In this document: positions 25,953-38,500 of the stretch, piece by piece
How the letters are laid out: every line of letters begins with the position of its first letter
Numbering within the stretch: the stretch's first letter is position 1
Assembly (NCBI RefSeq): GCF_016432865.1
Contig: NC_067403.1
Coordinates: forward strand, 195,610,001 to 195,674,000
DNA from: Antechinus flavipes
Taxonomy: Eukaryota
Length of the DNA stretch: 64,000 nucleotides
Reading direction: 5' to 3'
The notes under the pieces: model-generated
What the model was told of the DNA's origin: nothing
The model's database searches: none
The model's input: only the letters and a program-made list of their open reading frames with translations
Translations under genes and position numbers: made by a program

Positions 25953-26084
25953 NNNNNNNNNNNNNNNNNNNNNNNNNNNNNNNNNNNNNNNNNNNNNNNN
26001 NNNNNNNNNNNNNNNNNNNNNNNNNNNNNNNNNNNNNNNNNNNNNNNNNNNNNNNNNNNNNNNNNNNNNNNNNNNNNNNNNNNN
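25953..26084. other. Assembly gap (132 N)
   Basis: Run of N, followed by the end of a SINE. Confidence 1.
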
Positions 26085-26817
26085 CTGAGGCTAGATTTGA
26101 ACTCAGGTCCTCCTGACTTTAGGGCTGGTGCTCTGTCCACTGCTCCATCCATCTCTGGTTCTTTCAATGAATCCTCACATGACATGTACTCCAGATTCTT
26201 TATTATCCTGGTTGCCCTCTGGATTGATGTTATTTAGTTGTTTTTTAGTCTTTCCCAGCTCTTTGTGACTCCATTTGGAGATTTCATGACAAAGACACTA
26301 CAGCAGTTGGCCATTTCCTTCTCCAGCCCATTTTATAGATGAGACAACTGAGGCAAACGGAGTTAAGTGACTTGCCCAGGATCACACAGCTAGGAAATGT
26401 CTCCGTGACTCCAGGCTGAGCACTCTGTGCACTCGGGTGCCAACTAGCAGCCCTGTCTCTAAGACTTTCCATTTTCCCCTATTGAATTTCATCTTACATT
26501 CAGTCCAGTGCTCTAGCTTATTAAGATTTTTCTTGATCCTGATATGCTTAGGAGGAAGCCCATAGTACTGGAAACGTTCCAAGATTCTTTGTTCCCTGCA
26601 CCCAACAATCCTTTCCCTGAGTTTCCCAAACTCAGCTATGAGTCAACTATGTGTTAAAATGAGTCAGGAAGATGGGTTCAAATCTAGCTTCAGACACTTA
26701 TTAGCTGTGTGAATCCAGGGAAGGTCACTCACCCTGTTTGCCGCCATTTCCTAATCTATGAAATGAGCTGGAGAAGAAAAAGTCAAACCATTCAGAAAAC
26801 CCTCGAAGGGGCAAACA

Positions 26818-27790
26818 ACTCTGAGGTACCACTCCACACCTCTCAGATTGACTAAGATGACAGGAAAAAATAATGATGAATGTTGGAGGGGAAAACTGGG
26901 ACACTGATGCATTGTTGGTGGAGTTGTGAACAGATCCAATCATTCTGGAGAGCAATTTGGATTTATGACCAAAGGGTTATCAAACTGTGCATACCTTTGA
27001 TCCACCAGTGCCATTACTGGATCTATATCTCAGGAAATCATAAAGAAGGGAAAAGACCATTATTTGTAACAGCCCTTTCCAAAGAATTGGAAAATGAGCA
27101 GATGCCCTTTCTTTGGGGAATGGCTGAACAAGTTGTGGTATGTGAAGGTAATGGAATATTATCATTCTATTAAAAATGATGAACAAGGTGATTGTAGAAA
27201 GGCCTGGGAAGATTAACATGAACTGAGGCTGAGCAAAACAAGCAGGACCAGGACTATATCCTACACAGTAACAGAAAGATTGTGCAATGACCCGCTATGA
27301 AAGACTGGTTCTTCTCAACGATTCAGTGATCCAAGCGAATCCCAATAAACTTTGGATAGAAAATGCCATCTGCATCCAGAAAGAGAACTAGGAGATTGAA
27401 TGTAAATCAACACATGCTGTGTTCACTTTTTTCTTTTTTTTCTTCTCATGGTTTTTCCCTTTTGTTCTAATTTTTCTCTCCCAATGATTCATAAAGAAAT
27501 GTGTATTTTAAAAATTAATTTACATGTATAACCAGAAAAAAGAAAAAAAAAGAAAACTCTCAACAGGGCCATGAAGAGTCAGATGGGACTGAAATGATGG
27601 AAGAGCAACAATGGATTTGACCTGAAAAGCAAAAAGGAAGAAGAAATATTGGATTACTTGCTGTCTGGGGAAGGGGGGAGAAGGGAAGGGAGGGAGGAAA
27701 TAAAATTGGAACACAAGGTTTTCAGGGATGAGCATTGAAAACTATTTTGCATATATTTTGAAAATAAAAAGCTTATTTTTTAAAAAAAAT
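26818..27790 (+). mobile_element. L1 ORF2 end and 3' UTR fragments
   Basis: GKTGTLMHCWWSCEQIQSFWRAIW..IKLCIP, followed by an L1 3' UTR and A-rich tails. Confidence 0.85.
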
Positions 27791-28606
27791 TTTAAAGGAG
27801 GAAGAAGACACATTTATTAAGTATTTGCTACATGTCAAGCACTCTGCTAAGTGTTTTACACGTGTTATCTTATTTTATCTTCACAACAACCCTGGCAGGG
27901 GAGGGGAGAGAGGAATAAGTGCTATTTATTATCATCCCCATTTTACAGTTGAGGAAACTGAGGCAGCGGTCAAGTGATTTGCTCAGGATCACTCAGCTAA
28001 GAAGTATATAAAACTAGATTTCAACTCAGATCTTCCTGACTCCTTGCTCAACACTCTATCTAGACATCTCAATGTCTCTTAGGACCAGTCCTAAGAGGGG
28101 CACAAACTAATTGGTATGGGGGTTTACAAACAATGGAAAGATCACCGATAACTGGAGATGAGGGAAATCAGAGAAAATTTAGAGCCAGTGATGTACCATT
28201 TGAAAAAGGAGGGCATTCTAGATAAATGAATTTGCAAATATTTTAACTGAGTGGCAGTAATCCTTTTCAGAAAGGCCATTAAGACTAATGAGAGGGAAAA
28301 GGGATAAGAGAAAGGGGGAAGGTGATAGAAGGAAGGGCATATTGGGGGGAAAGGTGGTCAGAAGTAAAAAGATTTTTGAGGAGGGATAAGGTGACAGGAG
28401 GGAGAGAATAGAATAAATGGGGTGGGGGGAGAGGAGATAGTTAGCAATAGTAATTGTGAAAAGAATTTTGAAACCAGATTCATGAAGGCTTCATTTCTCA
28501 AACATATAGGAAACTGAGTCATTTTCCAATTAATAAGTGACCAAAAAATAGAACAGTCTTCAGATAAACTAATCAAGCTATTTATAGGCATACAAAAAAA
28601 ATACTC

Positions 28607-28750
28607 AGGGCAGCTAGTTGGTGCAGTGGATAGAGCACCAACCCTGAAGTTGGGAGGACCTGAGTTCAAATCTGGTCTCAGACACTTCCTAGCTGTGTGA
28701 CCTTGGGCAAGTCACTTAATCCCAATTGCCTCAGGGGAAAAAAAAAAGAA
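28607..28750 (+). mobile_element. WSINE1-like tRNA-derived SINE
   Basis: gggcagctagttggtgcagtggatagagca...gagttcaaatc...aattgcctc plus an A tail. Confidence 0.85.
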
Positions 28751-28995
28751 AAAAGTCTACTATTTATTGGAGAAATGCAAATTAAAACAATTCTAAGACT
28801 ACCTTATATTAGATTGGCTAATGGGCCATAAAAGGAAAATGACAAATGTTGGAGAGAATGTGGGGAAAATGAGACATTAATGCATTATTGGTAGAATTGT
28901 GAACCAATTCAATTATTCTGTAAAGCAATTTGAAACTGGGCCCAAAGGGCTATAAAATCATGAATTCCCTTTGACCTAACAATACTACTACTAGG

Positions 28996-29330
28996 GATTT
29001 CTTTGACAAAGAGACCTGAGTTTCAATTGATAAATGACGGACAAAAGCAGCTACACCCAAAGAAAGAACACTGGGAAACGAATGTGAACTATCTGCATTT
29101 TTGTTTTTCTTCCCGGGTTATTTATACCTTCTGAATCCAATTCTCCCTATGCAACAAGAGAACTGTTCGGTTCTGCACACATATATTGTATCTAGGATAT
29201 ACTGCAACATATCCAACATATAAAGGACTGCTTGCCATCTAGGGGAGGGGGTGGAGGGAGGCAGGGAAAAAAAAATCGGAACAGAAACGAGTGTCAATAT
29301 AAAGTAATTATTAAATAAAAATTTAAAAAA
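28996..29330 (+). mobile_element. Younger 5'-truncated L1 with 18-bp TSD
   Basis: aacaatactactactagg at 28978-28995 and 29331-29348 flanks an L1 3' UTR with an A-rich tail. Confidence 0.85.
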
Positions 29331-30139
29331 AACAATACTACTACTAGGCATGGATTTTTTTAAAAATGCAAAGAACCTGTACTTACAAAAATATTTATAT
29401 CAGCTCTTTTCTCGGGGCAAAGAATTGGAAAATGAGAGGATGCCCATGAGAGGGAATGACTAAAAAAACTGTGGCATGTGGTTATGATGAAATACAATTC
29501 TATAAGAAATGATGAGCATGATACTCTCCAAAAACCCCGAAAGTCCTCCATAAGCTCGTGCAAAGTATATGTATATGTATAAAGTAATAGCAGTGTTGTG
29601 GGATGATCAGCTGTGAATGACTTTGCTATTATCAGCAACACAATGATCCAAGACAACTCTGAAGGACTTATGATGAAAAATGTTATCCGTACCTACAGAA
29701 AGAACAAATTGTGCCTGAATACAGATAGAAACATACTTTTTTAAAACTTTTTTTTAAGTTTTTTTTTGGGGGGAGCAAATCTATTTATATGATTTTTATA
29801 TTTATATGATTATATGATTGCTTTCACAATGTGACTTTTATAGAAATGTTTTGTATAATTTCACATGTGCCTTTTTGATGGGGGATGAGGGGAGGGAGGA
29901 AGAGAGAGAATCTGGAACTCAAAGTTTTAAAAACAAATGTAAAAAATTATTTTACATGTAACTGGAGGGGGAATAAAAATATTAAATTTAATCAAAAGAC
30001 TAATGGGGGTGAAGGATGTTTCCCTCTGTCTTTGTAAATAGGTTCTTAGCCGGCTTCTTAACTATAATCTTGGGGTGGCTATCACTGCATGGTGATTCAT
30101 TCTGTGCCAATAACCCCAGAGAAGGACAGAGGTTTTTGG

Positions 30140-30720
30140 AGTGAAGAACTTTTCCCAAAAGGGACCCACATGTACAAAAATGTCTATGGCAGCCCTCTTT
30201 GTAGTGGTAAGAAACTGGAACCGAGTGGATGCCCATCAGCTGGAGAATGGCTGAACAATGGTTTGTGAATGTTATGGATATTATTGTTCTATATTATTAT
30301 ATTACATATATTATAATATTATTGAATATTATTGTTCTATAAGAGATGATCATCAGGATGATTTCAGAAAGGCTTGGAGAGACTTACATGAACTGGTGCT
30401 AAGTGAAATGAGCAGGGCCAGGAGATGGTAACATGGTAACAAGAAGACTATGACCATCAACTCTGACGGATGTGACTCTTCTTAACAATGAGACAATTCA
30501 GACCCCTTCCAATGATCTTGTGATGGAGAGAGCCATCTATACCCAGAGAGAGGACTGTGGGAACTAAATGTGGTTCACAACACAGCATTTTCACTTCTTT
30601 TGTTGTTGTTTGCTTTGATTTTATTTTCTTTCTCATTTTTTTTCCTTTTTGATCTGATTCTTCTTGTGCAGCATGATAATTGTATAAATACGGATGCCTA
30701 TATTGGATTTACATATATTA
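30140..30720 (+). mobile_element. L1 ORF2 end and 3' UTR
   Basis: gggacccacatgtacaaaaatgtctatggcagccctctttgtagtgg...; L1 3' UTR. Confidence 0.85.
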
Positions 30721-31699
30721 TATATGTATGTGTGTGCATATATATATATGTGAACTATATATATATATAGAACTATATAGAACTATATAGAACTAAGCTT
30801 CTCCTTCTAGTTAAGGCTTCCCCATCCTTCAGAGCCAAAGTCCCCTGTCTCTTCCAGAAATCAACAGAGGCCAGTTAGCCTCTTTCTCCTGGGTCTGAAT
30901 CTTACACTTGACCCTCCTGTTTATTCTTCTCATGGCTCCAGGTAGCATCTACCCAACCACTGACCTCCCCATGTGAAGCTGAAGAAGAGCCATTCCCTCT
31001 CTGGGTTCATTTCTCCAGCCTAGTTGGGCTCAAAAATCCCTCAGAATTAATATTCTATTTTCTAAGAACCCTGATGTTTTATAATAGGTAACATTTATGA
31101 AGCACTTTATAAATGTTAAATAACTTGAATTGATTTTCTAAGACCCCACTAATGAAATTCTGGATCTGCCACTTACAACCTGCATAACATGAGGCACTTA
31201 ATCAGGCCTCAGTTTCCACATTTATTAAAATAAAAAGTCCCGGCTCCAAGGTCCCTTCCAGTTCTAACTGAAGCTTGATAGTTACCCTATGCTCCAGACT
31301 AGAAGCACAGAAGGTCAGCTCTGACAACCCATTTCTCTGCGGTCTCTCTCCTTGCCTGATACAGTGCCTGAAACAGCTAGCATTTCATAATAACTAGCCT
31401 TCTTTAAAGCTTTATAGAAATGCTAAGTGTTTTGTGTTATTCCATTTGCTCTCCACAACAACGCTGGGAAAGAGGTGCTATTATTATGACCATTTTCCAG
31501 ATAAACTAAAGGTGAGGGGGGAAATATCAGTAAGTATTTGGGGTAGGCCCCTAATCCGGGTCTTTCTGTGTTTTAGTCTGAAAGCCTCTTAACATTAAAA
31601 GAAAGATATACCTTAGGGTTGGGGCCCCGTGTCTCCTATTAAAACTCAAGTAAACTTAGGAAAGGTCACACCCAAAGCCTTTGCCAGTCATTGATACAC

Positions 31700-32590
31700 T
31701 CAATTCCACTCAATGCCACAAACATTTATTATAAGTACTTACTATGCTCCGGGGCCTGTGCTCAGAGCAGGGATACAAAGATGACAAATGACCCAGCCCC
31801 TGCCCTCAAGGGGCTTACAGTCTAGTAGGGGTGAGAAGGTACACGCACAGAGAAGTCTTTCACGAGATAAGGGGAGACAGGAGCAAAGGAGTGTGGGAAA
31901 GTCTAAGAAGCAAAAAGTTGGAATAGAGGATCCAAGAGGGCTTCATGGAGGAAGTGGCTCCTGAGCTGAGCCTCAAACTTTACCAGCAGAAATAAAGAGG
32001 AAATATGTTCCAGGAGCTCCCAAGGACAATCTGCACGAATTCTTGGGGGTAGGAGCGTACAGGACAAGATCGGCAGGGCAACACAGACTGGCCCCAGTGC
32101 TCAGTGCATTTAGGAAATACCACCAAGAGAAGGTGCAACCAAATTGTGGACAGCTTGAATTTGCAAAATCAGGGGTTCACATTTTATCCTGAAGATGATG
32201 GGCAGCCACTGATAGTTTTTCAGCAAGGGAGCATCCTGATCAGAGCTATACTTAACTTAATTTGGCAGCTCTCTGATTAGTTTGGAGAGCGGTGAGACGA
32301 GAAGCAGGGGAAACCAATGAGGGGTCTATCGCAGCAACCCTGGTCAAGTTAGTGAGGGTCTGCACTAGGTCAGAGGCCTGGTAGGGAGAGGAGAAAAATG
32401 AGGATGGATTTAAGATGCAGGAATAGGGGGGAAAGCAGAATTAGCAGGAGCTGACAAGTGTTTGGATGGGAGAAAGGGGAGTAGGGAGAGGGAGTGAAGG
32501 GTCTAGGATGACGCCAAGGTTGCACACCTGGATGTCTGGGAGAGCAGTGGTGCCATTAATAGGAAAAGGAAATTGGAAAGCAGGGCAGAC
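31700..32590 (-). mobile_element. L2 3' region downstream of NICOL1
   Basis: Reverse complement of the L2 3' end (caaacatttatt...cctgccctcaagg). AATAAA on the minus strand at 31730-31725. Confidence 0.7.
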
Positions 32591-32863
32591 TTGGGAGAAA
32601 TAATAACTCACATATAGAGCAACTCACGATTCTTCAGTGCTTTTAGGTTTTTCAAAGCACTTTCCTTAGGACAGGTCTGTGAGGTAGGTAGTGCAAGTAT
32701 TACTCTCCCCGCTTTTCAGAGGATGAGTTCAGTTTGGGACACACTGAGCTTGAAATGGTGGAAAAGCCAAATGCATGTGCCCAGGAGGGCTAGCATGAGC
32801 TCAGGGCAGAGAGCTAAGAGACGCCTCCCATGGAGATGATTCCTGAAAAAGCCATGAGAGTGG

Positions 32864-33150
32864 ATGTCGAGGAGGGGGGGAAGGGGGAAAGTGAGGGGGA
32901 GGAGGAGGGAGGAAAAAGGAGGGGAAATAGGGAGGGAGAGAAAGGGAGAGGAGGGAGGAAGAGAGGAAGAAAGAGAGGGGGGAGGAGGGAATGAAAGAGG
33001 GAGAGAGAAGGAAGGAGGGAGGGAGAGAGAGAAGGAGAGACAGAGCAAAGGGAGGGAGAGAGAGACAAAGAGACAAAGAGGAAGAGAGGAAAGGGAATGG
33101 GGGAGAGAGAGAGACAAAGAGAAGGAAAGAGGAGAAAGAAGAAAAAGAGG
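32864..33150. repeat. Polypurine low-complexity tract downstream of the NICOL1 stop codon
   Basis: ~290 bp of almost pure G/A on the plus strand (CU-rich on the NICOL1 sense strand). Confidence 0.9.
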
Positions 33151-33554
33151 GCCAGAGACACTCACAACTAGGCAGCAGGAAGATGAAAAGGGCCAAATGT
33201 TCACTGAAATGGCCTAAAGCACTCCTTGATGCTTGTAGCTTCTGGGAGCTCTCCTTGTCAATAATACCTTAGCACCTTGGAATGGATGGGAGGCAGGGCC
33301 CAGGTGGGGGTGAGGGGTCCTGAAAAGGGGGTGGGAGGGACCCCAGACCCCGGCTTTGGGCCGGGAGGTCCCTGGGCCAGAGACAATTCACAGTGCGGGG
33401 GGCCACAGCTGAGGCAATGCAGGCAGAAGCAAGGGAGATGTGCTCTGGGGGAAGGAGAAGGAACAACCCCTTTTCTTTTGGGGAAGAACATCTTGAACCA
33501 AAGTTTCCTGCAGTTTGGGGATTTTTCTAACTGCAGGGTAGAAACAGGGATTGG

Positions 33555-33620
33555 CTATGACACTGCTGGCCAGCATTCACACAGGGCTCTTCTTTCAGCC
33601 TGTAGCAGGAGGGTCTCTGT
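33555..33620 (-). CDS. NICOL1: NICOL1 (C4orf48) coding exon 3 (66 nt including stop)
   Basis: Acceptor cttctctgcttcttttgcAG, then TETLLLQAERRALCECWPAVS*, phase 0 as required by exon 2. Confidence 0.94.
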   Translation of the reverse strand, partial: TETLLLQAERRALCECWPAVS

Positions 33621-34299
33621 CTGCAAAAGAAGCAGAGAAGTGAGCATGTTAATGCTGGCCCATGAAATGAGAGAGAAAGGGAGTCCCTTTCCATCCACTA
33701 TTATAATAACCCATGTAGAGATTCAGTCTTTCCAAAGTGCTCTTCTAATATCTCAGCTGAATTTCATAACCAACCTCCTCTCCCTCTCCCCTTGTCCCCA
33801 ATCCCCACCAAACTTTAAGATCCGGGGGGAGGAGGGGCAGGGACATGGAATCACAGAACATCATCTGTGATTTGACATCATCTGGCCCAATTCCTTCATT
33901 TTTCAGATTGGGAAATTAGCACCCAAATAGGAGGGGACTTGCCCACAGTCTACGAATCTACAAATTGGAAAAGCCAGAATTCAAATTGAGGTCTTTTGAC
34001 TCTGGGTCCCATATATCCAGTGCAATCCCATGGGATTAGAAGGTCTTCAGGAAGCATATGAATGACCAGTTCATAAGAATTCAGTCAACATTTATTAAGC
34101 AGCTACTCTGTCCAGGGTCCTGAGAGAGTTATTAAAAATACAAAGAAAGGCATAAAGGCCCCTGCTTTCAAGGAACTTACAATGGGTTTAGGGGTACCCC
34201 AAAATGTTGGGGTTCCAGGAAAGGTATTGCCGGGTATCCTAAAAGAATTCACAGACTCAGATCATCAAAATTGGAGTAAGTATGGAGATCAATAGACAC

Positions 34300-35520
34300 A
34301 GTAGCCCCATCCAGAGGAAGACTTTGGTGAGATGAGGTTTTATGAATATCTTACAACCATTCAGCCTTTTCTTCCCCGTGGGTACACACAGCAGGAGGTG
34401 TTGGCAAAGGGCACAGACAACCACTAAAGGTGAGAAGATAACCTAGGGCCAACTTGTTTTTCAAGACTATAACGGCTAGTGAGTCTAGGAATTCCTCGAG
34501 TTCTCAGAAAGTGTGTAATGTTGTTGGCCAGTTGGTCGATGATAACAATCAGGTTGGAAAGGATATGTTTATATTCTGAGTGTCCAACTCAGGGAATGAA
34601 CATTGCCATTCTTTTCCCCAAATATCAGGGAACATTCTCCCCAAATCCTAGCTTTTGTCTCCTTAAAGGGGTACGGGTAGTGGTTGGAACAACGGTGCTA
34701 TAAACAGAAGTGTGGATGTGCCAATTTAGACACAGCAAGGATGACTGGTGCAGGGATTTCTGGTTGAGGTATTCTCTCGATAGGGCCATTAGAGATATCA
34801 ACGTGAAAGAGGAGATTCATCTTACAGAGAAGAGTACAGATGGTGCCTGAGGTCAGGTTCTGTAATTGCTCCCTGGTTAGGTCTCCCTAAGAGTCAATAT
34901 AATTGCAAGACATCATACCAATAGGGACATCAGTTTTCAGGGTATCAGGGAGAAGTCTCTAGGCTGGGAAGGGGGCAAAGCAGAAGTACCGTGGGTGAAT
35001 TTGCTGGAATAATTTTGGAATGGGGATCCCACAAATTATCTCTATAGATGGACCATAGTCATAGGTACAGTGAGAGTTTGGCCCATCAGGAGGGCTAGCA
35101 CAGTGGCTGAGGTGAAAGTATGACACGTGACAGGGGCTACATTCACTTGCTCTGACTGTACTTGCAGTAAAAGTTAATGTCCCAATTGCTAGTATGAATA
35201 AAGAGATATCCAGGGTCAAGACAGTGACATCTTTGCAAATAGAGCATCAGGTCACAGATGTGGGTTGCCTTGATAGTGCTGATGGTGTATGTACCAGCAA
35301 TCCTGGATGTTCCCACTGCCCACAGAGCTTTCTAGCCTCCCCAAGGAGTTATCCTGCCAGTGATAAAAGCCCATGAGGTAGGTTAGAGAGTACTTGGAGC
35401 AAAGCCTTCATCCTTGGGATCTGTGGTTAAAGGGGCAGAGAAAATGGTTTAAAAAGTATGGGATGGAGAAAATGGAAAGTAACAGCAAAAAAAGCAAAGA
35501 GGAGGAAGAGGGGGACAAGT
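34300..35520 (-). pseudogene. env: ERV env remnant (leader, SU, TM ectodomain)
   Basis: Leu/Phe/Ser-rich leader at ~35520-35440, basic RRQK furin-like site at ~34655, heptad IIDQLANNITH, ISD-like LAVIVLKNKLALGYLL and frameshifted C..ANTSCCVY (CX6CC). Confidence 0.75.
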
Positions 35521-35559
35521 TTATTCTACATTTCTAGTATTACCAGGGATCTTGCAGAA

Positions 35560-38500
35560 TACTAGTTTCAGGTTTTCTTTGAGTTCACATGAATAGCCAG
35601 GAAGGTCTAGAAGGGAAAAGGTAACAGGAATAGCATGTTTTTTTTCTGGAAACATGAGTCCAGCTGAGAAGGCCTTTGAGTTTACCAGCAGTTGAAGTGG
35701 TGGAAATGACCCAGGACGGTCCTTTCCACTTTGCACCCAGAGGATCTGTGCCTTGAGCCTTCCAAGATTTCAAGCATGTCCCCTGGATTTACTGGGGCGA
35801 CGGTCTGAGTATGAGCATCTGCCAGTTCTGGGAGATATTCATTCACATATTCAGAAAGGGCCTTCTGAACTATCCCAGATTGTGTGGCAAACTGAGTGAT
35901 CAAACATTTGGAAGCTGCAAGACTGTCAGAGGTTCAGAAAGACCTCTCATCTAATAATTCAAAGGGGATGAATTCAGTGTTCTCTCCAGTGTGATGTGAA
36001 CCCCAAGTAGTTCTATCGAGAGGGTGTCTCCAGGCACAACTTCATAAGGACTCACTTGAGAATAAGAGTCATTTTCTCTATCTTCCCTGAATATTGAGGA
36101 TACCAGGAAGAATGGAAATAATAATTAATTTTAAGTGCCTCAACCAATTTGGGTTATTTATCACTCTGTCACTCTGTAAAGAGCCAGGCTGGCCAAAACA
36201 AGGCAAAATTTCCTTTTTCAAAAATTTTAAAACCACCTAAACTTTTTTAGTCCTGCAAGAAAAGACTTCCTCCCAACAAACCCAGAAGTAATTTGAAACC
36301 CCTCCATGAGGGTATAAGTGTAAAGTCTTCTCTGCTAGTTTTTTCCTGGATGAGTGAACAGGTATTAAAAGAAAGGAGGAGTTAATGGCATCTTCAAGGA
36401 TTCACCTAGGTACAAATTGGTTGAGCTTGCACAAACCTGCCTAATGATGTCTCATAGTTTATGACCAGTGGAAAAAGGCTTCACAAGGGAATGGAGGGTG
36501 TTCTTTCTCGAGTTGAGTAGCTTGATGTAGACCAAAGAGAAGCTTCCATTGGCTTGCCTCTGGGGTTAGAAACTGGCCTCAGAGTTTTTGAAACTACCTG
36601 GAGGGAGAAAGAGTATATCCCGTCTCCTCAGCAAGGGCTTGCTCTTGGGAACGATAGAAAAGTGTTTAAGAGTCAGGGATTTGAGGAAATGTTGATGCCA
36701 TGGTTAGGGGCAAACGTGCAGCAGCTCAGATGGCTGAATCTGCAACTCCTGGCCTGGAGTGAAGCCCCCTTTTGGTGTCTTTTGCAAAATATAATAGAAA
36801 TCTCTCTAGATTCATGGATACCTTGCATGCTTAACAAGGGAATATTTAGCTGTCAAAGTCTCCTTTTTTCCATCTAGTTCCATGAGCATATAAAAAAGAC
36901 ATTAACAGCTCTGAGATTTTGCATCATGTGGTATTCCCCATTCAGTTTTTAAACTGGGAGGCTGGAAATGTTACAGAGAGGCCAGCATTTTTCAACCAAG
37001 GGTATTTGAAATCAGTACAAATGTTAACACTCAGTCCTTTCCCTAGTTCTAAAGCTATGGTGAGGGCAATGAGTTCAGCCCTCCAAGGAGAGGTCCCAGG
37101 AGGAAGTGGTTTAGCCTCTTAGGTGCTATTAAGGCTAACCACAGAGGAGTCTGCTTTCCTTTCTTTTTCCACAAATTGGACCCATCAGTAAATCATTCAT
37201 CATCTGGGTTATCAAAGGGAATGTCCTCAAGTCAGGGCAGCTAGAAGAGATGAAATCTAAAGTTTCTTCATTACTATGAATATCATAACCCGGTGGTGTG
37301 GTGATTGAATTGAGAATGCGATGGGCTCAAAGAATTAAATTGGGAGTGACCTGATATTTAGAAAGCCTTCCACTGGCCAGCCACTGATGGCCTTTAACTT
37401 CCAAAGTGCCCTGAATCAAGACCTCCAAAGGTTGGCCAAGAATGAGTTTAGAGACTTTTCAATTAAATAGGCCGTAGCAGTCACAGCTCTGAGACAAGAG
37501 TTACAAGAGAGGCCACAGAATCAAGATGTTTAGAAAAGTAAGCTACAGACCGAGTCCTAGAAAGAGAGTTAGAACTCCCAAGAAAGTCTTGACCCTGCCA
37601 TTCATCAATGTAGAGAATGAAAGTTTTTTCCAAATTAGGTAGGGCTAATGCAGGGGCAGAAGTGAATTTAGTTTTCAAAGTCTTAAAAGCCTTGACCTGG
37701 GCAGATCTCCAGTCTAGGGAGGGGGAAATATGTCAGGGTCTTGAATAGAATTATAAAGAGATTTTGCAATAACCCCAAAATTGAGTATCCAGATACAAAA
37801 TCCAGCCATCCCTAGAAAAGTACCCAGCTGTTTCTTTGTGGCTGCTTCAGGAAGTGACAATTAGCTTGTGTTCTTTCTGCTGTGAGTGACCGAGAGGTGG
37901 GGGTCAGATCATGGCCTAGATAGACAGGTGATGTGTGCCTTAGATAAGTATACCCAACCACCCCAGGAGCCCAGAAAATAAAGAGCTTGTACGGCAGCCA
38001 GAGAAGCCTCCCAGCTTGGGCTGCAGATTAAAAAAAATGTTATCTACACACTGGATCAGACTCCAGTCTTTTCCTAGTGCCTGACCAAATAGATGGGGGA
38101 CTGGCCATATCAGTTGGTGGGGGTTGAATTCCCCCAGAAGAGTCCACTCAAAAGCAAAATGAGATTGTGCAGTAGAGATTATGGAGTACGATGCAAAAGA
38201 AGGTATCTTTAAGTTCTAAAGTGGAAAACCATTGGGTATACCCTGGAATCTAGCATGAGGATGGCCCTATTGGATCTAGCAGAAATAATGGCCTCAATAG
38301 CTCCAGATTTTACACCATGTGGTATTCCTCATTCAGTTTTTTTGCTTAACTGGGAGCTGGAAATATTACAGAGACTGGCATTTTTCAATCAAGGGTAGTG
38401 ATCCCCTTCTGGCCTCCCATTGGGTATCATTGGGTTCAGTGAGAGTTAGGAATCCAGAAGAGAGGGCACTATGGCTGGGGCAGCATGAATGGCTTGCCCT

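Larger units (their letters stand above)
28250..29990 (+). mobile_element. Older L1 hosting a nested WSINE1-like SINE and a younger L1
   Basis: L1 ORF2/3' UTR similarity on both sides of the nested insertions. Confidence 0.75.

Noticed and set aside
34959-35219. 86-aa env ORF as a co-opted syncytin-like gene
   Set aside because: It is a mid-SU fragment bounded by stops, the TM region is frameshifted, and the membrane anchor is missing.
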